In this document: piece by piece, positions 17,361 through 25,311 of the stretch
How the letters are laid out: every line of letters starts with the position of its first letter
How positions within the stretch are numbered: position 1 is the stretch's first letter
Virus record (IMG/VR): IMGVR_UViG_3300020161_001919
Span: 1-25,816 of that record
Direction: 5' to 3' (one strand)
Length of the DNA: 25,816 bases
Source of the DNA: a virus
Taxonomy: Duplodnaviria; Caudoviricetes
Notes under the pieces: model-generated
Database searches by the model: none
What the model saw: only the letters and a program-made list of their open reading frames with translations
What the model was told of the DNA's origin: nothing
Position numbers and translations under genes: made by a program

Positions 17361-17762
17361 TAGTGTACCCAAAACTAAAACCGCAACACCGGAAAGTATC
17401 GATGTAAACTTGTTTTTAACTTTCTCTTTCTTTAATTGAAACTCAAGTTTTTTTGAGTAGTCTTCCATAACGGTATACTTCTTATCTTGAGCATCAATTA
17501 TACTAATATAATTCTTCTCTTTGGTAACCATTGTGGAAATGACACTATCTTTAAGTGATACCTTTTCTTCTGTCTTTACAAGTTGTTCGTTCACTAATTT
17601 TAATTCAGCCATAGCCGAATCACCTTTTAGTAAATCCTTAGCAATTTGTTTTGCGACATGAACCGGAAAACATTTTACCTTTTCCTTATTATTTGTATCT
17701 GTCTGAGAAAAAGCTGTCAAGCTCAGGCTCAGTATAGTTGTCAACACGATTAATCTTTTCAT
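17346..17762 (-). CDS. Secreted coiled-coil protein with a signal peptide and C-terminal TM anchor
   Basis: MKRLIVLTTILSLSLTAFS|Q signal peptide, coiled coil, and a FTSILSGVAVLVLGTLLIV tail. Confidence 0.8.
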   Translation of the reverse strand: MKRLIVLTTILSLSLTAFSQTDTNNKEKVKCFPVHVAKQIAKDLLKGDSAMAELKLVNEQLVKTEEKVSLKDSVISTMVTKEKNYISIIDAQDKKYTVMEDYSKKLEFQLKKEKVKNKFTSILSGVAVLVLGTLLIVH

Positions 17763-18060
17763 GATATTCTTTTTTAACTGTTGTTTTTTTCTTTTTTATG
17801 TCTTCAATTTGTTTGTCGACCTGTTCAATCTCCTTATTGAGACTCGTAATGGTACTATCCAACTTTAAATTCTCGTTATGGAGACCTTGGATAACAACAT
17901 TTAGTGAATCAATCTTAGCCCTTTCTTTATTGGACATTGTAACTGATGGTGTGATAATAAAAATCACCCAATAAAACAGAAACAACCCCAGAATTACAAA
18001 TAATAACGTTTTATAATTCTTAATAAAAAAAGAACCTACTTTGTTTAAATTCTTGTCCAT
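17689..18060 (-). CDS. Protein with an N-terminal TM and a coiled coil (i-spanin-like topology)
   Basis: LLFVILGLFLFYWVIFII TM segment then a heptad-rich region. It overlaps the next gene by 74 nt. Confidence 0.8.
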   Translation of the reverse strand: MDKNLNKVGSFFIKNYKTLLFVILGLFLFYWVIFIITPSVTMSNKERAKIDSLNVVIQGLHNENLKLDSTITSLNKEIEQVDKQIEDIKKKKTTVKKEYHEKINRVDNYTEPELDSFFSDRYK

Positions 18061-18075
18061 AATTGTGCTTTAATA

Positions 18076-18082
18076 ATAAATA
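18076..18082 (-). promoter_or_regulatory. TATTTAT motif (putative late promoter)
   Basis: GTATTTATTATTAAAGCACAATTATG leads to the ATG at 18060. Confidence 0.45.
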
Positions 18083-18097
18083 CCAAGCCCAATTATT

Positions 18098-18772
18098 TTA
18101 CTTCTTCTTGGTGATAATTTCATCAATGATTCCGTATTCAAGAGCTTCTTGTGAAGATAACCATAAATCTCTTGATGCGTCATTCATTACCGTTTCAGCG
18201 GATTTACCACAATAAGAACCAAGTAATTCAAACAATGTCTTGTTTAACTTATCCCATTCAACCATATTAATTTTAGCATCTTGGATGTTACCCTCAAATC
18301 CTCCCGATGATTGGTGTAACATGGTTCTTGAGAACCTCAATGAACTTCTTTTACCCTTTGTACCTGCTCCAAGTAAAATAGACCCCATAGAAGCTGCCAT
18401 ACCTGTATTGATGGTTCTGATATCCGAGTTAATGTAATCCATAACATCCACCATGGATAAACCAGATTTCACAGAACCTCCCGGACTATCAATATGCATT
18501 GTTATATCATTATTGTCAATACTATCCAAGAACATTAATTGTGCTTGTACAATAGTGGACATGTTGTCGTTAACAACACCAGCAACCCATATGATACGTT
18601 CCATCATTAAACGTGAAAACACATCCATTACGGTGACATTCATTGACCTTTCCTCAAGGATGTATGGTGTTAAACTATCCTCTACCTGTTTGTTGAAATG
18701 ATGTAAGTTCATTCCACTAATACCTTTGTCCTTTGCGAACAAACCGAATTCTTTATAAATTTTTGGTGTCAT
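18098..18772 (-). CDS. clpP: ATP-dependent Clp protease proteolytic subunit
   Basis: TPYILEER, MDVFSRLM, AQLMFL, IDSPGGSV, GMAASMG (catalytic Ser), MLHQ (His), RDLWL and EYGIIDEI motifs. Confidence 0.95.
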   Translation of the reverse strand: MTPKIYKEFGLFAKDKGISGMNLHHFNKQVEDSLTPYILEERSMNVTVMDVFSRLMMERIIWVAGVVNDNMSTIVQAQLMFLDSIDNNDITMHIDSPGGSVKSGLSMVDVMDYINSDIRTINTGMAASMGSILLGAGTKGKRSSLRFSRTMLHQSSGGFEGNIQDAKINMVEWDKLNKTLFELLGSYCGKSAETVMNDASRDLWLSSQEALEYGIIDEIITKKK

Positions 18773-18787
18773 ATTTTTTTATTTTTA

Positions 18788-18795
18788 CAAAAGTA
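18788..18795 (-). promoter_or_regulatory. Bacteroidota -7 promoter element TAnnTTTG (TACTTTTG)
   Basis: Exact consensus match 15 nt upstream of the clpP ATG. Confidence 0.5.
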
Positions 18796-18811
18796 ATGAT
18801 TTTTTTTTAAA

Positions 18812-21154
18812 TTAAGAAATTTTGGGAGTAATAAAATCTATTGAACTTACATTTTCCTCTTTTTTAACCATAACCAAGTTGTCTGACCAATTTCTTATCA
18901 ACGAATTGTGGGAGATGACAAAAATATGGTCAAAATAGTCTTTAATTTTCTTAAAAAACTCCCCGACCATCTCTAAGTTTTCATCGGCAATCTTACCAAA
19001 CACCTCATCCATAACAACAATATTTGGTTTAGGTAAAGATGATATTTTTGTTAATACACTTCTAAGTGCCAAAGACGAAATTGTACGTTCATATCCCGAA
19101 CCTGAATTTAATGGTTTCACTACCCTGGTTTCAGTATCAATCATAACAAATTCAACCTCATTTTTGTCATTAATATTTAACTCCAATATGAAATGACAAC
19201 TATCAACTAATAATCGATATAATTCTTGATTAATTAATGGTATCATATTTTTAAGAATAACTTTTGAAATACCGTTCTTACCAAACACACTTAAATAAAC
19301 TTTGAAAATTGATTGTGTCACATTTTCTTTTTTGATTTTATCGGATAATTCCTCATTTACTTTAATCTTATCACCCAATGTAATAATGGTTGCCTTTAAT
19401 TTCTCAATACTACTATTAAATTGACGAATATCTGCGTTTGCGGTATCAATTTGGGTTTTTAATCCAATTAACTCACCATCAATTTTTTGATTTTCATCTA
19501 ATTTCTGTTTGTTACGGTCATAGTTGTCAAGTTTGAGTTGTAACCTATCAATATCCATTTGTTTTTGGTCGGATTCAAGTTCATACCTTGTCTTCTTTAA
19601 TTTGTTTCTTTCATACTCATCGTATTCTTTCTTCAAATCGGATAGAACTTTTTCTTTATCGGTTAGTTCATCATATTTTTTTCTATTTTCTGTTTGGATT
19701 CCATTAGTACTTTCAATCAATTGTTTTATTTTATTGATTTCATCAGTATGGTCAACATCTTCCAATGCTCGATTACAAGTTGGACATATTTGTCCTTCTT
19801 CTAATTGTTTAACTAACAATTCATTTCTTTTAATCACATCCGCATTAACCCTACCTTCAACAATTAAAACATTCATCTCATCTTTTACTAATTGATGGTC
19901 TTCCTCTAAATAAAATTTAGATGGTTCTTTTACATTGGTTGAATTCGCCTCCAATATCGCCTTTTGTTTAGCGACATCAAGTGTTCCAATATCTTTTTTA
20001 ATTTGGTCTGGATTTGTTCTAATTAACTCTTGGTCAATATCGTTATTTCTTTTTAACTGAACTTCATCTTTGCGAGATTCAAGTTTTTTTAATCTTTTTT
20101 CGGTAGATACTAATTCACCCGATAGACGTTTTATTTCGTCATTATTATTATCAATACTTTCTTTGAATAAGGTTATTTCACTCTCCAAGTCAACAAGATT
20201 GTGACTATTTGAAACCAATTTTTTACTCCATTCACTTTGTATGGTCTTACAGATATCTTCCTTATCTTTTAATGTTTCTAATCCTAAAAATTTAGTCAGT
20301 ATTTGTCCTCTCGCAGTTGGTTTAGATTCAATTAACTCCTCTAAATTATATCCTGTGGTTAATATGGTTGATAAGAAATCTTCTTCATCACCGATTGCCA
20401 TTACTATAAATTCTTCGGTTTCTCTTCTTTGTTCTCCGGTTAGATTTTCAATCGTACCGTCAGAATTTACTTTAGAAAAATCAAGTTTATTAGTAATGGT
20501 ATAATCACCACTTTTACTTTTCTTACGGTTACTTGTTCTTTCAATTATGAAATCATCCCCGTCAATGTTAATATAACCTTTAACCCTAACTTCATCAACA
20601 TCCGTGAATCGGTTAAAGACTTCAGAATTAGTTTTGGTTTTGGTTGTTTTGTTGAAAAATAAAAACATTAACAAATCAACAGTTGCGGTTGATTTACCCC
20701 CAAAATTTTTAGGTGTTGATTCAACAACTGTGATACCAGGTAAATCGGTAAAGTCAATCATATTGTCATTTCCATAAGAAAGGAAATTTGAGAACTCAAC
20801 CTTTTTAATGTTCCATTTACTATATTTTATTTTACCACCATTTTGTTTGGTTAGTTGTTCGTTTACCCTATTATCCAATCGGTCAATAAGGTCAACATCA
20901 ATAGTAATTTTGTTTTCTTTAATGAAGTCTTTCATTAACATTTTTTGATATTCATAATCTGAAATACTTTCAGAAATATCCAACGATGCTAATTTAGTAT
21001 CTTCATCATTTGTAATAACTTTCGTTATTATTTGTACGTATTTGGTGTTGTATTTTTTTTGGAAGTAGGATTTAATTCTACTTATTTTTTCTGGTGTGAA
21101 ATTTTCGTGTGTATCTTGCCAGGTTACTTTTATATAAGGATTTTTATAAATCAT
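18812..21154 (-). CDS. sbcC: SbcC/Rad50 (T4 gp46-like) SMC ATPase with an N-terminal extension of about 110 aa
   Basis: NFLSYG, Walker A NFGGKST, coiled coils with a CPTC Zn hook, signature GSGYE, Walker B VVMDEVFG and H-loop VISH. Confidence 0.92.
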   Translation of the reverse strand: MIYKNPYIKVTWQDTHENFTPEKISRIKSYFQKKYNTKYVQIITKVITNDEDTKLASLDISESISDYEYQKMLMKDFIKENKITIDVDLIDRLDNRVNEQLTKQNGGKIKYSKWNIKKVEFSNFLSYGNDNMIDFTDLPGITVVESTPKNFGGKSTATVDLLMFLFFNKTTKTKTNSEVFNRFTDVDEVRVKGYINIDGDDFIIERTSNRKKSKSGDYTITNKLDFSKVNSDGTIENLTGEQRRETEEFIVMAIGDEEDFLSTILTTGYNLEELIESKPTARGQILTKFLGLETLKDKEDICKTIQSEWSKKLVSNSHNLVDLESEITLFKESIDNNNDEIKRLSGELVSTEKRLKKLESRKDEVQLKRNNDIDQELIRTNPDQIKKDIGTLDVAKQKAILEANSTNVKEPSKFYLEEDHQLVKDEMNVLIVEGRVNADVIKRNELLVKQLEEGQICPTCNRALEDVDHTDEINKIKQLIESTNGIQTENRKKYDELTDKEKVLSDLKKEYDEYERNKLKKTRYELESDQKQMDIDRLQLKLDNYDRNKQKLDENQKIDGELIGLKTQIDTANADIRQFNSSIEKLKATIITLGDKIKVNEELSDKIKKENVTQSIFKVYLSVFGKNGISKVILKNMIPLINQELYRLLVDSCHFILELNINDKNEVEFVMIDTETRVVKPLNSGSGYERTISSLALRSVLTKISSLPKPNIVVMDEVFGKIADENLEMVGEFFKKIKDYFDHIFVISHNSLIRNWSDNLVMVKKEENVSSIDFITPKIS

Positions 21155-21665
21155 CTTTTGTTTTTATTTTTTGTAGTTCCCAAATATCGTCAATTAAATT
21201 GTATGTTTCAACATTTTTTTCTTCAAATGACATCCATTTTTCAATTTCATTACTGTTGTTTGGTTTGAACTCTGTAAATAATATTTTTGTTTCGTCTTTG
21301 ATTGTGTTGGGTCTAATTAAAATAACCTGTGTGAAATCTTTATTTGTCCTAATAAATAAATGTTGATAATCATTTGGGGTTCTTTCATCATTAACATTAC
21401 TATACCAGTATTTTAATTTTCGTATCGGTATGTTTATTGTTCTTGATTCCAATCCGCTTATTAGTGAATAATCGCTATCCCAAAAATTACCTGTCCAACC
21501 TCCTCTTTCCAACTCCACTCCGTGTGAATAATCGTCTGGATTTATTAAGTCAATTGCTTTACAATTTGGGTGTGATTCAAATAGAAGATTGAAGACATCC
21601 TTTGTAAATTTTATTCCGAACTCTCTAACTTTACTGTCGTCATAATTATTTTTTTTAAAACCCAT
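21144..21665 (-). CDS. Hypothetical protein, possibly a PD-(D/E)XK-like nuclease fold
   Basis: 173-aa ORF whose ID...VELE spacing is reminiscent of restriction-like nucleases (weak). Confidence 0.6.
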   Translation of the reverse strand: MGFKKNNYDDSKVREFGIKFTKDVFNLLFESHPNCKAIDLINPDDYSHGVELERGGWTGNFWDSDYSLISGLESRTINIPIRKLKYWYSNVNDERTPNDYQHLFIRTNKDFTQVILIRPNTIKDETKILFTEFKPNNSNEIEKWMSFEEKNVETYNLIDDIWELQKIKTKDDL

Positions 21666-21686
21666 TAAATTTCATTTTTTACACTA

Positions 21687-21701
21687 TCACCCATTGGGTG
21701 A
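21687..21701. repeat. Perfect 15-bp intergenic palindrome TCACCCA-T-TGGGTGA
   Basis: GC-rich dyad in an AT-rich 41-nt intergenic spacer. Confidence 0.7.
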
Positions 21702-21706
21702 GTTTA

Positions 21707-22054
21707 TTATTGTCCGAATCTATTCTCTTCGAAGAATTCGACAATTCCGTTTATTGCCCATACAACACCAGCAGTAAAGACACCATCAAAGAAAATTGAT
21801 GGTAACCATCCGATATTGAATAGTTGTGATGTTAGTCCACCAATAGTGATTGAGAAAAAGAACCCAACCCACGTTGATGTACATAACATACATTTTATTA
21901 ATCCAGATAAAAAATTACCAAGACCTTGGTAAGGGTTCATAGGATTTTCGCCCCATCGGTGAATAAAATTTCTGAAACCTTCGAAAATTGAGCCATATAC
22001 TATAATGGTACTCATTCCATACGCGGCTAATGCCCAAAATATAATCTTTTCCAT
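21707..22054 (-). CDS. DUF1360-like membrane protein with CxxC
   Basis: GLIKCMLCTSTWVG matches the L.CxxCxxxW motif, flanked by TM helices. Confidence 0.7.
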   Translation of the reverse strand: MEKIIFWALAAYGMSTIIVYGSIFEGFRNFIHRWGENPMNPYQGLGNFLSGLIKCMLCTSTWVGFFFSITIGGLTSQLFNIGWLPSIFFDGVFTAGVVWAINGIVEFFEENRFGQ

Positions 22055-22092
22055 AATTCTAAATTATACAAAAAAAAATCCATTAAACAAAA

Positions 22093-22605
22093 TTATTCAT
22101 CATATAATGATGACATATTACTATCTTTCATTAGTTTACCCTTACGGCCAAAACTTTCAAGTGATGATGTAATTTTATCTAAATCTTCTTTTAGTTTTTT
22201 ATTTTCTTCGGTTAATCTATTAATTTCGTCAGTATTAATGACTTCAACTATCTTATCAACTGTAACTTCCTTTATAACTTCTTTAGTTACGATTTGAGTA
22301 TCTCCTTTTATTTCAATCGGTACTTCTTTTATAACCTCAACCGGAACTTCCTTTATTACTTCCTTTATTACTTCGATTGGTTTTTCAACTATTCTATCGA
22401 TAAACTTCTCAACGATTACTTCCTTTATTACTTCCTTTTCGATAATGGTATTTTGACCTCTTAATCCATTTGGTATTTCACCATATTTTACTATTGTAAA
22501 TCCTTTCTGAAATATTTCTTTTGCTAATTTTTCAGGGTCAGTAATATTGTTAATCTCACAATATTTTAAAAATTCATTATCTAATGTTAAGAAGGATTTC
22601 TGCAT
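22093..22605 (-). CDS. Protein with V/E/K/I/P (EVIKEVPV) repeats and a C-terminal coiled coil
   Basis: Repeated KEVIKEV units at aa 54-123. Confidence 0.8.
   Translation of the reverse strand: MQKSFLTLDNEFLKYCEINNITDPEKLAKEIFQKGFTIVKYGEIPNGLRGQNTIIEKEVIKEVIVEKFIDRIVEKPIEVIKEVIKEVPVEVIKEVPIEIKGDTQIVTKEVIKEVTVDKIVEVINTDEINRLTEENKKLKEDLDKITSSLESFGRKGKLMKDSNMSSLYDE
22237..22446 (-). repeat. Intragenic degenerate tandem repeat encoding (K)EVIKEV units
   Basis: Recurrent ACTTCCTTTATT-type 12-mers on the + strand. Confidence 0.75.
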
Positions 22606-23383
22606 TGTTTTCTATATCGGAAATGTCTGTTATTGAAAAATTTAAAAACGGTTGTTCATTATCAATGTCATGTGTTGTGTATTCTTCAGATTCAACGTCA
22701 TAAATTCCATAACCATGAAAGTTCACCGTTTCACCAAAGTTCTGTTGTATTAACGAACCAATCATAAATGCTCGACCACCACTTGGTAAATCGAACATTT
22801 GTCTTTTATGTATATCTCCACATAGTACAATATCTAAATTTACGAAGTTTAATGGTGAATATGCATTATCAAATTCAAAACCTAAGTCGGTAGAAAGTCC
22901 TTGAATTGGTCCGTGAAACAAACCAACATATAAACTATCGTCTTCTTTTACAAAATCAGGTCTTTGATTGTGTTGATATAACGAATATACGACCCATTTA
23001 ACGTTGTTATCATCGTAGACACCACTATCTCTATAATAAGTGATATTTGGGTCGTTTAATAACTCCACAACGGGTGTTATACTATCAACTCTTGAATGGT
23101 TGTTCTCCAAAAAGTCGTGATTACCGGGAATTATGATTAATTTACCTATTTTATCTACAATTTGTTTAAAAAACCATGAAGTTAATAACATTTGTTCGTT
23201 AGATACATTAATTTTTTGATGAGCAATGTCACCAGCAATTACCACTCTAATTTCATCATAGTCATAACCCTCAACTTGTTTCTTAACATCCTCTAAAAGT
23301 AGTTTAAACTGTTTTTTGTACATATCATGTAACTGAAATGTTCTGATATGTAAATCAGCAATGTGAATTATTTTTTTTATCAT
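22577..23383 (-). CDS. sbcD: SbcD/Mre11 (T4 gp47-like) metallophosphoesterase nuclease, C-terminally short
   Basis: IADLH, AGDI, PGNHD, FHG, GDIH and GSLIQQNFGE motifs. Confidence 0.9.
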   Translation of the reverse strand: MIKKIIHIADLHIRTFQLHDMYKKQFKLLLEDVKKQVEGYDYDEIRVVIAGDIAHQKINVSNEQMLLTSWFFKQIVDKIGKLIIIPGNHDFLENNHSRVDSITPVVELLNDPNITYYRDSGVYDDNNVKWVVYSLYQHNQRPDFVKEDDSLYVGLFHGPIQGLSTDLGFEFDNAYSPLNFVNLDIVLCGDIHKRQMFDLPSGGRAFMIGSLIQQNFGETVNFHGYGIYDVESEEYTTHDIDNEQPFLNFSITDISDIENNAEILLNIR

Positions 23384-24234
23384 TTTAAATATTGTTTTAT
23401 ATCCATTTGAATAACACCTTGACTTATTTCTGACGGTACTTTATACTCATCAAATGTGCCATCTTCTTTTAAGTGAGTTACAACACACCCTAATAGTTTT
23501 AAATCTTGAAATTTTGTATTTTGTAACATCTTTATCAGTAATTTTGCGTACAATGGTAATTGCACATAATAATGTGTTAATGCTGTGTCATGATAGTTTT
23601 CAAAAGGGTGTAACATCCAACCTGTATATGGTTGAACTAAGAAATTTTTTGGTTGATTTGTTTTCCAGTCGGTCACAACAATACCAAAATTGTCTTTTGT
23701 TTTATTTAACATTAACCATATTTTATCCGGTTGACCTGTATAACCTAATTCGGGGTCACCTAATACTATTTCAGTATCCAATAACACTGCACCTCTTGAA
23801 ATCATTAGGTTAATAAACTCTTTACCAGCAGAAATCATTCTGTCACTCTTATCAATTTGAACAGTATCACATTCAAATATGGGTCTCCTAATCTCTTTGT
23901 AGTTGTTATATCTACCAATCAAATCAAACTCCAATTCATAATGTACTCTACTACCTAAATTGGTTGAGTAGTCTCCCGCTTTCTTCCATTTTTCTAATAG
24001 AATGTTAGCCTCATATTCATCACCATCACTCATTTGTAACGCCTTTGTATCTGCATCAAATGGGATGTAAAACTTTTTTAAAACTTTAGATACCGAAGGA
24101 AAATTTGACCTAATTTTTCCATTTATATCTTTCATATAGTAAATGTGGTCTTCCTCAATAAAGGTCAACTCTAACTCTTTTCTTTTTTCTTCAAGAGTGT
24201 TTCTTATTTCTTCTGCTATTTTATGTAAATCCAT
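23380..24234 (-). CDS. PD-(D/E)XK exonuclease (RecB/Cas4-like phage exonuclease)
   Basis: PSVS, GSRVH, E...TGQPD...DWKT and QLPLY (QxxxY) motifs. Confidence 0.85.
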   Translation of the reverse strand: MDLHKIAEEIRNTLEEKRKELELTFIEEDHIYYMKDINGKIRSNFPSVSKVLKKFYIPFDADTKALQMSDGDEYEANILLEKWKKAGDYSTNLGSRVHYELEFDLIGRYNNYKEIRRPIFECDTVQIDKSDRMISAGKEFINLMISRGAVLLDTEIVLGDPELGYTGQPDKIWLMLNKTKDNFGIVVTDWKTNQPKNFLVQPYTGWMLHPFENYHDTALTHYYVQLPLYAKLLIKMLQNTKFQDLKLLGCVVTHLKEDGTFDEYKVPSEISQGVIQMDIKQYLK

Positions 24235-25172
24235 TAGTCTAATTTAAATTCTTTATAATCTTGTAAATTGCCCTGTAAATCGGCAATGTCTTTATCTTTT
24301 GGTAATTTAACAATATTAATTTTACCCATTAATTTACCACAATTCATTTTATGGTATAGTTTCTCAGCATCACTCCACGCATCTCCATCCAAAACAATTG
24401 TAACCTCGTTTCCGTTTTCATATATTTTATTGTAGAGTAACTCACTTATGTATTTACCTAACATTGGTATAGCGTTATCTAAAAATATTGAATCAAACGC
24501 ACCTTCAACAAGATATATTTTTTTAGTCCAATCAATCAGACTTTCGTTAAAGATAATCAATTCCTTTTGAACATCTGGATTCTTATATTTCATTTTTGTT
24601 TTTGACAAATATGAACGAGCAATAAAATAATTAATCTTTCTTTGTTCGTTGTATGATGGAATTATAATTCTATTTTCATAGTTTCCACCGTAACAAAAAC
24701 CAATATTGAATTTTCTAATTATCTTATCATCTATGTTTCTTTTTTTGAGATAAGTCATCGCTTGTTTGTAATGATGTGATAATTTCATACCTAAACTCAC
24801 ATCATTCAATGGTACAAATTCAACAGGTAATTTAACTTCCTTTTTGATTGGTTGTATAAACTCAACGTCTTCTGGTTTTAGTAACTCATATCTTTTAAGG
24901 TGTTTTTGGTTTCCGTGTTTCTTAATTAATTTATAAATTGACCCATGAGTATTATCAGTTTCGGCACATGACCAACATTTATAAACACCTCTTCTATAGT
25001 TTACTTCTAAGTTACCTTTACCATCACCGTCATCTAAACCCTTGATTTCATAAGAACAAACGGGACAATCAAAAGATATCTGACCTTTATATTCATTATG
25101 CATCCTATACTCACCTAGAATATCTTCTAGAATATCTATAATTGGAGCATATTCCGTTACAACTGATGACAT
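24234..25172 (-). CDS. DnaG-type DNA primase-like protein (Zn finger plus TOPRIM)
   Basis: CPVC...CWSC, YLKKR, RIIIP, KYKNP, VEGAFD, LDGDA and KDIAD motifs. Confidence 0.88.
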   Translation of the reverse strand: MSSVVTEYAPIIDILEDILGEYRMHNEYKGQISFDCPVCSYEIKGLDDGDGKGNLEVNYRRGVYKCWSCAETDNTHGSIYKLIKKHGNQKHLKRYELLKPEDVEFIQPIKKEVKLPVEFVPLNDVSLGMKLSHHYKQAMTYLKKRNIDDKIIRKFNIGFCYGGNYENRIIIPSYNEQRKINYFIARSYLSKTKMKYKNPDVQKELIIFNESLIDWTKKIYLVEGAFDSIFLDNAIPMLGKYISELLYNKIYENGNEVTIVLDGDAWSDAEKLYHKMNCGKLMGKINIVKLPKDKDIADLQGNLQDYKEFKLD

Positions 25173-25219
25173 ATAATAGAAAGTATAAACAAAAAAAATT
25201 GAAATAAAAAATTTGTAAA

Positions 25220-25303
25220 TAAAAAAAGACGGAAGCGTACACCAACAACTTCCGTCTTATACCATTGTACATTGTGCTACAATGATACGATATATGTTTT
25301 TGA
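25220..25303 (-). ncRNA. Candidate small structured RNA (two hairpins ending in a terminator); 5' end approximate
   Basis: It has its own promoter at 25340-25312, hairpin 1 GTATCATTGTA/TACAATGGTAT, and hairpin 2 followed by U7. Confidence 0.4.
25221..25258 (-). terminator. Intrinsic terminator
   Basis: 10-bp stem AAGACGGAAG / CTTCCGTCTT (25258-25249 / 25235-25226) with a 13-nt loop, ending in a T7 tract on the - strand. Confidence 0.75.
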
Positions 25304-25311
25304 ATATATAA

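Noticed and set aside
766-21366. Shadow ORFs such as 766..1098-, 2934..3125-, 3806..4006-, 6134..6373+, 9424..9651+, 11875..12210+, 14589..14858+, 15420..15767+, 18240..18701+, 19524..19895+ and 20241..20504+
   Set aside because: They are antisense or alternate-frame ORFs inside well-supported genes, with the S/L/F/I-rich composition expected from reversed E/K-rich codons.
22237-22446. Repeated DNA units as a possible CRISPR array
   Set aside because: The repeats are degenerate, codon-phased, lack unique spacers and encode a protein repeat.
23380-24234. Cas4 or a CRISPR-associated system
   Set aside because: It lacks the four-Cys Fe-S cluster, and there are no cas genes or array. The context between primase and sbcD fits a phage exonuclease.
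25111-25272. 53-codon hydrophobic ORF on the - strand (MYNGIRRKLLVY...) as a type I toxin or leader peptide
   Set aside because: It crosses the terminator, its hydrophobicity comes from T-tracts, and it runs out of frame into the primase. It cannot be fully excluded without ribosome profiling.
25220-25303. tRNA gene
   Set aside because: There is no cloverleaf, no TTCGA T-loop and no acceptor stem.
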